From assembly GCA_973895155.1 (NCBI GenBank), contig OZ316897.1, positions 10,191,832 to 10,255,831 on the forward strand: 64,000 nt of DNA, written 5' to 3'. Positions 53,286-64,000 of the stretch are shown piece after piece (position 1 is the first letter of the stretch; every line of letters begins with the position of its first letter). The DNA is from Marsupella aquatica. Taxonomy: Eukaryota > Plantae > Marchantiophyta. The notes beneath the pieces are model-generated. The model saw nothing but the letters and a program-made list of their open reading frames with translations, did not search any database and was not told where the DNA came from. The translations under genes were made by a program, and so were the position numbers.

Positions 53286-53499
53286 AAGGCCAAAGTTCAA
53301 TCTTACTAATAAATCGCTTCACTCTAGGTACTCTTCGAGATTTATTATCGAATCAAATTTATCTCCATTGAAAGTAGGCCTATGTATTTGAACAAAACTG
53401 AGCACACATGATGACAAAAGTCGTCATTTCAATTCAGATTCAATGAATGGCTAGTAACAATAAGTTACAGCTAGTGCTCAAATCTATCTGATTTGTATT

Positions 53500-53810
53500 T
53501 GCTTTTCACCAGCCTCGATAGTGAGTTATGGGCATCGCATATGATCAATTACACAAGTGGTCAAATATATCTGGTTTGTATTTTTTTTGACTAGCCTCTA
53601 TAGTGACTTATGGTCATGGCATATGACCAATTGGTATGACAAAAAGTTATGGATTACTAGTTTGGTAGTCCATAACTTTCTCTATCCATAACCTTAACTT
53701 AGTAGGTAAGGTCCATCAAGTTCTGAGAATTGAGACCCCTCAAAGCTCTATCCAAAACCTTAACTTAGTAGTTAAGGTCCATCAAGTTTTGAGATTTGAG
53801 ACCCCCCAAA
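53500..53810 (-). mobile_element. Tourist-like MITE fragment with internal tandem duplications
   Basis: Ends in TTTGAGACCCC. Its reverse complement aligns with 57059-57215. Contains a 66-bp duplication at 53680-53820. Confidence 0.5.
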
Positions 53811-53900
53811 GCTCTATCCAAAGCTAGAGTGAAGCCTTAGTTACTGTCTACAGAGTGAAGCCTCTTGACCCCGACCCTCCTGCATAGCAGGAAGCAAATT

Positions 53901-54232
53901 TATCCATCTAATAAAGCTTTCTCAAAAGCTCAAGTAAAGGCTTAGTGTCTAGAGGAGTAAAACCTCTAGACTGCAACTCTTGGGCATAACCAGAAACAAA
54001 TACATCTAATAAGGTTTTATTGAAAGCTCGAGTAAGTACTTACCATCTACAGTGAAGCCTTTAGACTATCCATCTAATAAAGCTTTTTCAAAAGCTCAAG
54101 TAAAGGCTTAGAGTCTAGAGGAGTAAAACCTCTAGACTGCAACTCTTGGGCATAACCGGAAACAAATACATCTAATAAGGTTTTATTGAAAGCTCGAGTA
54201 AGTACTTACCATCTACAGTGAAGCCTTTAGAC
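53901..54232 (+). repeat. 166-bp tandem duplication within a degenerate array extending to ~54345
   Basis: TATCCATCTAATAAAGCTTT...GTGAAGCCTTTAGAC starts at 53901 and at 54067. Confidence 0.9.
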
Positions 54233-55770
54233 CGCAACTCTTGGGCATAGCTGGAACCAAATACATCTAATATTGAAAGCTAGAGTAAGAGTTTGCCGGC
54301 CAGAGTGAAGCCTCTAGACTATGACTCTAGGGCACAGCTGGAAATGGGCACCAAGACTCACCATGTATCTATAGCATTGAGGCCAGTCTGAGAAATAGGT
54401 GGAGGTATACTTTACCAATTTGTAGACCCATTTACGAGGGACATCTTTATTGGGTTGCAAATCTAAGGAGACCTTCCCCAGTGGGGTCTCTTCAGGTGTA
54501 ATTTGCCCAATAAGTATGCTACCACACTTGTGATGAGGATTGACATCATCCTATATATACGCCAAAGGTTGTGGTGGGAATGACCTGAGTTATTAACACC
54601 TGTTTTGGAAACTAAGTTTTTGTTTGTTTTAAAAGGACCACGTCACTCAAATGGGCCAATCAAAGTACAATGGGAGTTTGTTTTGGAGACAACATAAAAA
54701 TGACAGAGGACCAGTTTACTCAAAAGGGCTTGGTCTGACAAAGTACAATGATGTAAAAGCAAAAGAAGCCCAGACAGGCCAAAAACCAAACGAAGAGGGC
54801 AAATGAAAAACACCAAAAACCTAGAAAAAGAAAGAAATCTACCATTGCGAGAGTGCAATGATCTGATATTGCAACTACTGAAACAAAGATGTCCTGAATG
54901 CACTAATACCCATTCTTAGAGATCCCCAAAACCATTCTATCAGGTTACATTGAGGCAAGTCCACACTAGTATCCACTGTTACAGATCCAACAAAATTTTG
55001 TTTTCGATGAGGAATTTACAAGAAGCTGAAGTACAAAAGCATGGGGAGCAAAAATGATTAGATACACGTTGCTGAAAAATACTTCTCTCCTTCCATGGGC
55101 ATAAGGCATAGAAGTTAGAGGCAAGTCGCTCCTGAGGCACCCTAGTGCACACTTCAAGAGATCAAAAGAATATTGTTTCAGATTAGATTTCTCCTTTGCC
55201 TAAAGGACCACTCTCTTCCTTGGGCATAAGTTTATAGGCATTGAGGGTAGCAGGGAAGAAGTACTCAAACATCATTAACTCTTATGAGGGAGAGTTGCCT
55301 ACTAGGTAAATAGTTCCTATCTAGCTAGGTTAGTAGGTAGTAGGAACAATCATGGACCTACCAGAACTTATTGTTTCCTTCTTGGACAGTAGCTTCATTC
55401 AAAGATGAAAAGTACCAGGAAAGTAGGTGACACAGAGAGTCGCTGGTAAACAATACTATTGTTGGGTCAATCAGTCATTTCTTAGTCTCCTGATTTTCAA
55501 TTTACCAACTAAAAGGATCTTTGATATTGGATGCGCTGGGCAGAGCATGTAAGGTGACAAGAAAGACTCACGCGTAGAATGGGAACTACTGTCAATTGTA
55601 CTTCTCACTTGGCTTATATTTTCTAACCTCGCATGTTCAGCCAAGGTACGCGGACCACCATTTGTATCGATTTGAGTGTGACGAGAAACGCTCACTTATC
55701 CTCGTAGTTGGTCATCAGGTAGAAAGCCAATCCAATCCCAATCTTCAGTCTTTCTTGCCTTGAAAACATG

Positions 55771-55935
55771 ACCCATCCAACAGAGATAGGCAATCTTGCC
55801 TTGAAAATCTAAAGCTGACCCATGCAACAGAGATAGACAATCTTGCCTTGAAAATCTAAAGCTGACCCATCCAACAGTGATAGACAATCAACTCTGGAGC
55901 ATGCAAGTGATAGACAATCAACTCTGGAGCATGCA
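55771..55935 (+). repeat. Adjacent 47-bp and 30-bp tandem duplications
   Basis: ACCCAT(C/G)CAACAGAGATAG.CAATCTTGCCTTGAAAATCTAAAGCTG twice, then GTGATAGACAATCAACTCTGGAGCATGCA twice. Confidence 0.88.
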
Positions 55936-57058
55936 CCTCTGTAAGGTAGCCCACAAGGGGGGTCATACCCAGGACAGGAGAGAGAAGGAGGGTTAAACTA
56001 GAGCAAACCAACTAGGGCTAAGACAAAACCAGGACTCCCACCACTACACACCACACACACCCACCCTCCACAACCACCCTCCACAACGATGTGGGATTAA
56101 ATCTAAGGCCTGGGTTCTAGGCTCATCCCCTGGCCTCTTCACTGTTAGTGCACTCTATTTGGATTATTATTAAGGACACCTGACACTATTTTAATTATCA
56201 GTAAGGACACGGCGTCCCTCCAACCGAAGTTATATTTTGCAGACGGATGCCAGTACAATCAGGAGGTCTGTATGTGTTGACATTTGCTCAAGACCTTTAC
56301 TGGTTTAGCAGGTGACAGACTAACGAGACAATTTGGGTGAGACAGCGCTTCAGAGACCACCCAGAGTCCGGCGCTCGTGCTTCTGCCTTCCAATCCGGAA
56401 AACCTTTTCGGTGAACGTCCTTGTTACTGCCTGCCACTACGTCGCCTCTTGTGTCCATGCACTTTCCAGCCCTCTACTACGACACTACTTTTCTAGTTCC
56501 GAGGCTGACTTGATGGTGGAGAATAACACAGCAGCAACGTGAGAAACCTGCTTCCATGGAACTCTTTTCTTGCATTCAACTTTTTCTAATAAACTACTAC
56601 TATATCTGCATTGTGCCACTGTAGGACTGAGTGACCACCCTTCCAGTGGTAATGTGGCAACATCCAAGCTTTGCCTAAGAGGAGTTTGAGCATCACATTA
56701 TGCCGGTGGGACCAATCAGGTGAATGACTAATTTAGCAGAATGGACCCAAAAGTATGTGAAAGTCACGGATTAAAGTTCCATTTCGCACTGATCAGAGTA
56801 CCAAATGTCTACGTTAAAAGGAGTATCGATACCAGACGGGATATAGATAAGTATTTCTGAATCCTGAAAAAACAGATGAGATGTATGCGCTATAGACACT
56901 TCGCTCGCATTCTGGCTTTTCAAAGTGCCTACGGAGTATAAAGAGGAGGCAACTTCTCAGAAAGCCCACGCTCCCGTGTTTTGATGTACTGAAATTTTTC
57001 CTAAAAATTTCCCTAGCTGATAGTTGCACGAGTGGGAAAAGGCAAAATGGAAACATTA

Positions 57059-57230
57059 GGGTGTCTCAAAGCCACAATTTGATGGACCTTAAATGCCTAG
57101 ATAAGGACACACAAAAATGCGGACTACAAAATTGGTAGTCCATAACTTTTGCATTACGGATTGGCCTTATGCTATGCTGCCATTAGTCACTATAAGGGCT
57201 GGTGAAAAACAAAACAAAAACAAAAACAAA
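57059..57230 (+). mobile_element. Tourist-like MITE left portion just upstream of the NUMT
   Basis: TTA|GGGTGTCTCAAAGC start, similar to the terminus at 7445. Homologous in inverted orientation to 53575-53740. Confidence 0.55.
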
Positions 57231-57332
57231 AAAACTTTTACATAATCTTGTGAAAAGCTATGACCATTTCTTTATGGCCAAATGCTATCATCCGTAATTT
57301 CAAGCTTTGAGATAACCTAATTTCAAGCAAGA

Positions 57333-57860
57333 AATCAGGTAATACGTCCAGATTTCTTGCTAAAAATTAATTACGAAAATATAATGGAAGTTCCCAGATT
57401 GTGTAAAACAATAGTAGTTCCAAAGGCACCCTCAAGTTTCATAAAGAATGTTAAATTAGCCATGGAAATTGTTTGTGGTCAAAAATTCATACAGACACGA
57501 AGTAGGGGTTCGACAGGAAAGTCGTTTCGATTCAATAAATTCGTAGTAAATCAGGAGTCCAAGAGAGACACAGGATATGTCACTCACCTAGCACGAAGCA
57601 CTCTACGAGGGCATATCATGTATAATTTTTTGGAAAAACTTGTTACAATAATATCCTTCTACGATTATCCGGTCAAAATACGTAAAAACTCCATTCAATT
57701 ATCAATGGCAACGTCGTTGTTACGATTATTTCCCGAAATACAGGATCATTTCGAGATTTTCGAGCATATTCGAGGGTTTGATGTAACTATTGTCACTTCA
57801 GCTAACACACAAGATGAGACTGTAATTTTGTGGAGTGGCTTTTTGCAAAAAGAGGTTTAG
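57333..57860 (+). pseudogene. rpl5: Mitochondrial rpl5, 5'-truncated at the insertion junction
   Basis: Reads [23 protein letters not shown]...[17 protein letters not shown]. The native start codon is missing upstream. Confidence 0.88.
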
Positions 57861-57864
57861 TCAT

Positions 57865-59059
57865 ATGTCAAATAAAATTATGCGGGATCACAAACGTAGA
57901 TTGCTTGTGGCTAAATATGAATTGAAACGAATGTATTACAAAGCCATTTGTCAAGATAGAAATCTTCCTAATAAGATAGTGCGACCTGTTCACAGGTCAA
58001 GACGTTGAGTCACGCCTGTGCGCTCTATTCCGCATTCATCCACACCCGGATGGCGGAGCAAGTGAACTGAGTTTCCATGAAGGTGAAAGTCCTTCTCCCT
58101 TGAGAACAGGGTAACAGCGTACCCACATGCGTTTGGAGTGGCATCCAAAGGTGTGAAGCTGGGTAGAAAAGGGATGAAGAACCCGGAAATTTTAAAGCAA
58201 GCCTTTTCCGCAGTCTTCGCTCCCCCGCGGGGATAAGCGAGTTTCGCCCCTTAGGAAGTGGGGAACGAATAATCTCTAGCAAGGGCGTGACAAATACCCT
58301 TTGTTGGGTATTGTCCGGGTGAATACTACAGGGTGGTTATTCTACCTACGAAGGCTAATTACTGAACCGTAGCATCTGAAGCGTCGTAATAGGAAAGCGG
58401 GGTGGTATTGCTTCCTACTGACCCCCCGCCGCGTCCGGAATATCAGACAGAGGCCCAGGGAAAGGTATTTTCTGCCCTTTCCCGTTCTTTCAGTGCGCCT
58501 CCGGCGTAGAGCGGGAGCCTTACGGCCCAATCCAAAAGGATGAATGGAATCTCGGAACTGTGTAATCCTGCGCACCTCTGAGCTTGAACTCAGGCGGGCT
58601 AACTTCATGGTGTGTAGGATTGGGATAGGGCAAAAAGCTAAAAAAAACTTTTTTTTGCCCGGTTGTTACGATCGGGATATGCTAAAGTGTCCATGCATCC
58701 CAAGGGATGAAAGAGCAGTCAACATATATGCTTCAAAATCGAGGATGAGAGACACAACGTCTCTTTAAGTCGTAATAATTTATCAATCTGGGTGCAAGGA
58801 GCCGTATGATAGGAGACTATCACGTACGGTTTTGAATCAGGGGCGTCAGAGGAAATTCCACGTCTACTGTAACCGTTATGAATATTTTTCTAAGTTGTCT
58901 AAGTTGCCAAGAAATAGTTCCAAAACACGAGTAAGAAACCGGTGTATTTTCACAGGGCGCCCTCGTTCCGTATATAAGTTATTTCGCATTTCTCGTATAG
59001 TTTTTCGTGAATTAGCTTCTAAAGGTTCTTTGATAGGCATAAACAAATCGTGTTGGTAG
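57865..59059 (+). CDS. rps14: Mitochondrial rps14 (exons 57865-57978 and 58874-59059), NUMT copy
   Basis: MSNKIMRDHKRR...LPNKI | RYEY...LPRNSSKTRVRNRCIFTGRPRSVY. 99 codons after splicing. Confidence 0.93.
57979..58873 (+). ncRNA. Group II intron in rps14 (rps14i114 type), no ORF
   Basis: 5' GTGCG exactly after nt 114. Domain V GAGCCGTATGATAGGAGACTATCACGTACGGTT at ~58799. 3' end ...AAC. Confidence 0.93.
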
Positions 59060-59559
59060 CCAATAAAAGAAAAGGTTAGCTCTTCGAGGAGTACCTATAT
59101 ATAGGTCTTCCTCCACTGCCTCCCAACCTGCCAAGTATACGAGGCGCTCATAAAATGAAATACGTTTTTTCCCTCGCTTATGATTCGAACATTTGGTTAC
59201 TACACGCTGAACTTTCTCCAGGTAGAATCTAATAGCTAAATTGGGAATGTAGCGAAAAACAACAAATATTTTTCCGAACCCTGCGGCCGCCAAAGGCACG
59301 AGACCTAATAGGTGGGAGGAGTGCCCGAAGTCTTCTAAAAATGGCTTAGAAAGAAGGCGAGAGTGCCCGAAGGGCCCGCGACTGACGAAAAACGCTTTTT
59401 TCGGGCACGGGACTATAGGGAGGGTTGAAACCACCAATTTAGATATATGTCTCTTAATAAGGAATAAATCAAATGTCTCTTAATAAGGAATAAATCGAAC
59501 GCCCCGCGAGGCGCGAAGTGCTGTTCGAATCGAAAAAATAGAAAAAAAATATTCTTTTT

Positions 59560-60018
59560 ATGCATACATTAAGTAATCTTTTATCCGGTATAAAAAATGC
59601 GCAAAAAGCTCAAAAGCGTGTTCTTTATTTTTCCTCCTTCAAAAAAATAAGCGAGAGAAAAAAACGCTTTGTCTGCTCCGCTTGTAAAATTACCCCTCGC
59701 GTTTTCGTTTCGCGTCTTTGTTGGGATTTTTGCAGAATTCTGTACGATGAGGGTTATATCCACGGATTCTCTCAGGAAGCAGACGGAAGCTTGAGAATAG
59801 TCTTGAAGTATCATTTTTCTGGAATGGGTGTAATGAAAAAGATGGAAACAATATCTAAACCAGGTTTTCGGATTTATTCATCAAAAAATCGTTTATCAAA
59901 AAAAAGGGAAGGACTTGGTATAACCATCTTATCCACTTCAAGGGGAAATTTGATATGTGATCGTGAAGCACAAAAAACCAATTTTGGTGGCGGTGAGATT
60001 CTCTGCCAAGTTTTTTAA
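59560..60018 (+). CDS. rps8: Mitochondrial ribosomal protein S8 (NUMT copy)
   Basis: IKNAQ, EGYI, ISKPGFRIY, ILSTSRG and GGGEILC motifs. Confidence 0.93.
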   Translation: MHTLSNLLSGIKNAQKAQKRVLYFSSFKKISERKKRFVCSACKITPRVFVSRLCWDFCRILYDEGYIHGFSQEADGSLRIVLKYHFSGMGVMKKMETISKPGFRIYSSKNRLSKKREGLGITILSTSRGNLICDREAQKTNFGGGEILCQVF

Positions 60019-60036
60019 AAAAATAAAGTAAAGTTT

Positions 60037-60342
60037 ATGGAAGCCAAATTCTTTTGTTTTTTGGAAATAATTGGAGTTGGATATAAAGCCAGTACTAACG
60101 CACAAGGCTCTATTTTATATTTGAAATTAGGATTTAGTCATGAGATTCGACTTCAAGTTCCACCTTCAGTTCGCGTTTTTTGCTTAAAGCCTAATCTTAT
60201 TTGTTGTACCGGAATGGATCATCAAAAAGTCACTCAATTTGCTGCCATTGTCAAAAGTTGTAAACCTCCCGAAGTTTATAAAGGGAGGGGTATACAATAT
60301 CGGAACGAAATTATACATAAAAAACAAGGGAAAAATAAATAA
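60037..60342 (+). CDS. rpl6: Mitochondrial ribosomal protein L6 (NUMT copy)
   Basis: GVGYKA, LKLGFSH and KPPEVYKGRGI motifs. Confidence 0.94.
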   Translation: MEAKFFCFLEIIGVGYKASTNAQGSILYLKLGFSHEIRLQVPPSVRVFCLKPNLICCTGMDHQKVTQFAAIVKSCKPPEVYKGRGIQYRNEIIHKKQGKNK

Positions 60343-60345
60343 ATC

Positions 60346-60708
60346 ATGTCATATATTTTAGGAACCAATCTGAATTCCAATAAACAGGTGAAAATTGCCT
60401 TAACCCGAATCTTCGGAATTGGGCCTAAAAAGGCAATTCAAGTTTGTGATCGATTAGGCCTCAGCGATAACATTAAGGTTAATAAGTTAACTAAATATCA
60501 ATTTGACCAAATTATAGAAATAATAAGTCAAAATTATTTAGTCGATTCGGAATTGGAGAGAGTCATTCAGAGGGACATCAAACGATTAATTAGTATTGGT
60601 TGTTATCGCGGGTTTCGCCATAATGCAGGATTGCCCTTACGCGGCCAACGGACTCATACTAATGCTAAGACTTCTCGCAAATTGAGATACATTTCGATCA
60701 GAAGTTGA
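60346..60708 (+). CDS. rps13: Mitochondrial ribosomal protein S13 (NUMT copy)
   Basis: IFGIG and YRGFRH..GLPLRGQRTHTNAKT motifs. Confidence 0.95.
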   Translation: MSYILGTNLNSNKQVKIALTRIFGIGPKKAIQVCDRLGLSDNIKVNKLTKYQFDQIIEIISQNYLVDSELERVIQRDIKRLISIGCYRGFRHNAGLPLRGQRTHTNAKTSRKLRYISIRS

Positions 60709-60826
60709 GAAAAGTTTTTTTCCAGTTCGTACAAAATATCTCTGTAATTGGTGAACGAATTGGATGGATCATAAAAAAACGAAATCGATGATATCGAGCA
60801 ACACCAAAAACATTCAATAAACAATC

Positions 60827-61204
60827 ATGCAGGAAAAGCACGGTATTACTAATATGCAAAAAAAACACTGTATTACTTATATTCAATCAACTTTTGGTAA
60901 TACAATTATTACTTTAACGGATTATGACGGAAATACAAAAACTTGGTCCCCCTCGGGTTCAGTGGGGTTTAAGGGATCTCGTCGCTCAACCAATTATGCT
61001 GCTCAAGCAACCGCAGAAAATGCCGCGCGAGCTGCCATTCAACTTGGATTTAAGTTTGTTGAAGTGAGAATCAAAGGATTGGGTTATGGAAAGGAATCTT
61101 CGCTACGTGGTTTAAAACCAGGAGGTCTTATTATTACCAAAATTCGCGATGTAACCCCAACACCACATAATGGATGCCGACCCCCTAAAAAACGTCGTGT
61201 TTAA
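60827..61204 (+). CDS. rps11: Mitochondrial ribosomal protein S11 (NUMT copy)
   Basis: [12 protein letters not shown] and [18 protein letters not shown] motifs. Confidence 0.95.
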   Translation: MQEKHGITNMQKKHCITYIQSTFGNTIITLTDYDGNTKTWSPSGSVGFKGSRRSTNYAAQATAENAARAAIQLGFKFVEVRIKGLGYGKESSLRGLKPGGLIITKIRDVTPTPHNGCRPPKKRRV

Positions 61205-61870
61205 ATATCATCATAAAGTGCTATGTCATCATAAAATGGTAAATTGAGGTTCAAGAGCAGAAACAATTTTTTTAGGGTCCGAGGGAGACTTCTTTGGGAT
61301 ACTTCTTTGGCTTCACGGGGCTTAACCCGTCCTTCGTAAAGGCGGAGAAGGAAATCTACAAGCCATGTCTGGCCTTCGGCGGCCCTTCGGACCCACAAAG
61401 TGCGTAGCACTTCTATCTATAGTATCGCGCCCTCGGGCCGATAGGGTTCGGGCTTTAGCCGATACCGGAGTGTCTCCAGCCGGGCCGACGCCGGGAAAGG
61501 GCCGGAAACAAATAAAAATTTATATATATTTTTTTTCTCTCGTTCTATGCCCTATGGGGGTGGCCTGCGGCTTACGGCTGCACGGTTATCTCAGGTTCTC
61601 TAAAATGAGAATGATAGAGCTTGGGTCGTTTTCGTTCCCGGACTGAACGAGTCTCGTCGACTTCAGGCCTATTCAACTGGGATGGTTCCAAGTCGAAATA
61701 CGGGAAGGCTCGGCGCAGCACAAATAAATAATTTTGTTCTCCCCCTAGCAATTAATTACTATGCCCTAAAGGCCTCATGAAACTGATTATGAGGGCACTG
61801 CTTAGTCCGAAGGCCCTTATAAGCAAACGAATTGGGTGACAGAAGTACTGAAAAAGGAAAAGGAATAAAA

Positions 61871-62650
61871 ATGAGCTTTAGTCAATTATTTCCCAAATAT
61901 AATTCTAGTTTTAATCCATTACGTGGGAGTGCTATACAATGTTCAGTGATACAATTACAACAAAACAAGGTCTTGGTGGATACGGGACTGAAAACTCCAA
62001 TAATTTGTTTCCAACATGAACTGGAGAAAGTGCCAATCACCAAGCAAGCAAGGTTTAATTTTGGAATTGAAGATGTAGAAGTGTTTGGTGAACCAAAGAT
62101 GCTTCTGCCGAAACCATTAGAAATAAGATGTAAAGGAAAACTAGTTTGGATTGAACTCACCAAGATTTGGCGAAGTGACCAAAATTTGGTCAAAGGATTT
62201 ATTTTGAATTCAGTGAAAGGAGGTTATGCTGTAGCAATCGCAGGGTATATAGCTTTTCTCCCCAAGAGTCTTCTCAAAAGTAGAAAAGTATTTTATAGTC
62301 AATGGAGAATATTCTCCATTTTGAACATGAAACCAGAAATCAGTAATATCGTGGTAAAAGAGATTGGTGATGGCAAAATAGATTATTTTTCGACGCCAAG
62401 ATCGCATCAGGAACGAACAAAGCATTTAGGCGCGAAGCTAAAACACCGGCGAGACGTGGAGAGGAACACGAACGTCAAGAAAAAAAATATTTTTTCCGAG
62501 AAAGTTCCTACGACCAAAAGGACCAAACAGAGCTTCAAGCATTTAGGCCCAAAGCCTCCTCTCACCCATACCGAGAAAAAACGTGAAACTACTAAACAAC
62601 CCACCAAAAATAACGTATTTCGACTCAAAGACCAAGGCCGGGGCAAATAA
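61871..62650 (+). CDS. rps1: Mitochondrial ribosomal protein S1 (NUMT copy)
   Basis: ATG at 61871 (MSFSQLFPKY); VLVDTGLK and VKGGYAVAIAGYIAFLPKS motifs. Confidence 0.9.
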   Translation: MSFSQLFPKYNSSFNPLRGSAIQCSVIQLQQNKVLVDTGLKTPIICFQHELEKVPITKQARFNFGIEDVEVFGEPKMLLPKPLEIRCKGKLVWIELTKIWRSDQNLVKGFILNSVKGGYAVAIAGYIAFLPKSLLKSRKVFYSQWRIFSILNMKPEISNIVVKEIGDGKIDYFSTPRSHQERTKHLGAKLKHRRDVERNTNVKKKNIFSEKVPTTKRTKQSFKHLGPKPPLTHTEKKRETTKQPTKNNVFRLKDQGRGK

Positions 62651-63147
62651 TTAGTTTTTGTTGGTGCGTTAACGCGGTTAAAAACTAGATGCGAAGAGGG
62701 GATGTCACGCAAATAATCCAGTAGTGCGACTACAAGCGATGTCTCATCGCCCCAAGCCTCAGGTAATGCGGGGGGGTATGCCCACATGTATACTCAGGAC
62801 CTCAGTAATGAAAAGGGGAGGTTGCCTGCGGCCCTTTAGCTAATCACTGAAAAATTATTTTCTTTGCGTTTCCGGCCGGCTTTAAAATTTCCGGCCCATG
62901 GCGGAGTACTAGGTTTCGGGCGGGTCCTTTGCGAAGCGAATAAAAGCTCTGCTTTTTCGTTCTGGCCCGATACAGGCATGATTCCCCCGTGTCCTTCGGA
63001 CCCAGACTACGCGCATGGCCTCGGATGATAAAATAATTATCCCCCACCCAGAACGACTCAGAGCGCAAATAAAGTATATATTTTATTTGGCTGGGCGGAG
63101 CGCGATTCAATAAGTATTGGAATCGGTAAAAAAAAAAGTGGAAAAAA

Positions 63148-63666
63148 ATGCCTCAACTAGATCAATTTACGTATTTGACACAATTCGTTTGGTTATGCGT
63201 GTTTTATATGACTTTTTATGTATTATTATATAATGATGGATTACCCAAAATAAGTCGAATTATCAAACTAAGAAAACGACTGGTATCGCAGGAAAAAGTA
63301 GGCGCGAAGCAGAGCAATGACCGTGTAGAACAGGATGTGGTTTTCAAAGAATGTTTTCAAGCCAGTGCAAACTATCTGTACTCAAGTGTATCCGGAGCAT
63401 CTAAGTGGTGTAAAGGAATGGTCCAACTCGCAAATACTAATAAATTGCAACGAATGAATAAAGATTATGTATCTTCTTTGGGAGAGATTAGTGTATCACA
63501 AGTGATCAAAAAGAACGCACTTTCAACCCTGAGTCCTTCTACTTATCAAACAACTTTTCTAGCTTCACGTCAAACCACCGCTCTTAACAAAATCTATGTT
63601 TTACGCGGGCAAAAGAGAACTCTGGCGAAGATAAAGAACGGACCGAGAAAAAAAAAAAATTCATGA
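63148..63666 (+). CDS. atp8: Mitochondrial ATP synthase subunit 8 (NUMT copy)
   Basis: MPQLDQFTYLTQFVWLC N-terminus; 172 aa. Confidence 0.94.
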   Translation: MPQLDQFTYLTQFVWLCVFYMTFYVLLYNDGLPKISRIIKLRKRLVSQEKVGAKQSNDRVEQDVVFKECFQASANYLYSSVSGASKWCKGMVQLANTNKLQRMNKDYVSSLGEISVSQVIKKNALSTLSPSTYQTTFLASRQTTALNKIYVLRGQKRTLAKIKNGPRKKKNS

Positions 63667-63696
63667 GATGTAACGAAGAAGGGGAAAGGAAAAAAA

Positions 63697-63916
63697 ATGT
63701 TATGTAGAACTAACGCCCTACATCTCCGGCCTCAACTAGATCAATTTACGTATTTGACACAATTCATTCGGTTATGTTTGGTTCATATTACTCCCCATTT
63801 CGTCTTATATTCAGTATTGGTTTTTACCAATACTGAATGGCCGCCCTGTATCCTACTGAGAAAACGACTGGTACCGCAGGAAAAAGTAGGCGCGTAGCAG
63901 AGCAATGACTGTGTAG
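63697..63916 (+). pseudogene. Degenerate partial duplicate of the atp8 5' region
   Basis: CCTCAACTAGATCAATTTACGTATTTGACACAATTC and AGAAAACGACTGGTA.CGCAGGAAAAAGTAGGCGCG are repeated from 63150-63330. Stop at 63895. Confidence 0.85.
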
Positions 63917-64000
63917 GGCGGAATGTTCTCACGAGTGAACCAAGTAGGTCCGGGAGTTGGATAGCTCTAAATTTAGTGTACCCGACTTCCATTCGCTCCT

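Larger units (their letters stand above)
57333..64000 (+). other. Nuclear mitochondrial DNA insertion (NUMT); continues beyond the window
   Basis: Abrupt switch from nuclear repeats into the middle of rpl5. Colinear mitochondrial ribosomal-protein cluster with a group II intron, then atp8. Confidence 0.88.

Noticed and set aside
53500-57230. One 3.7-kb transposon bounded by long TIRs
   Set aside because: The family terminus (GGG.GTCTCAAA) lies at the inner ends of the two arms, so two inverted MITE copies explain it better. No transposase lies between them.
58025-58768. Maturase ORF in the rps14 group II intron
   Set aside because: The intron is only 895 nt and its short ORFs lack RT or domain X motifs.
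60827-60880. 27-bp tandem duplication at the rps11 start as a NUMT-specific mutation
   Set aside because: The copies are diverged and in frame, and I recall a similar N-terminus in liverwort mitochondrial rps11. Probably ancestral.

Overview
Eukaryotic nuclear DNA from a land plant, almost certainly a liverwort. The embedded mitochondrial segment carries a group II intron after nt 114 of rps14 and the liverwort-type rpl5-rps14-rps8-rpl6-rps13-rps11-rps1-atp8 order. From left to right the window holds: a decayed chromodomain-bearing Ty3/Gypsy retrotransposon (1-~6.1 kb); an intronless 1-Cys peroxiredoxin; a multi-exon flagellar coiled-coil gene resembling MNS1 (minus); kinetochore NDC80 (plus) convergent with MSH6 (minus); alpha-tubulin; a nested pair of MITEs; two remnants of a restriction-like-endonuclease non-LTR retrotransposon; a strikingly proteobacterial-type taurine dioxygenase (TauD) gene interrupted by one spliceosomal intron; and a >6.6 kb intact-looking mitochondrial insertion (NUMT) running off the right edge. 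The most interesting candidate is the intron-containing TauD, a probable bacterial horizontal transfer that has been domesticated. Protein identifications rest on recalled family motifs, not database searches. Exon boundaries were read by eye.
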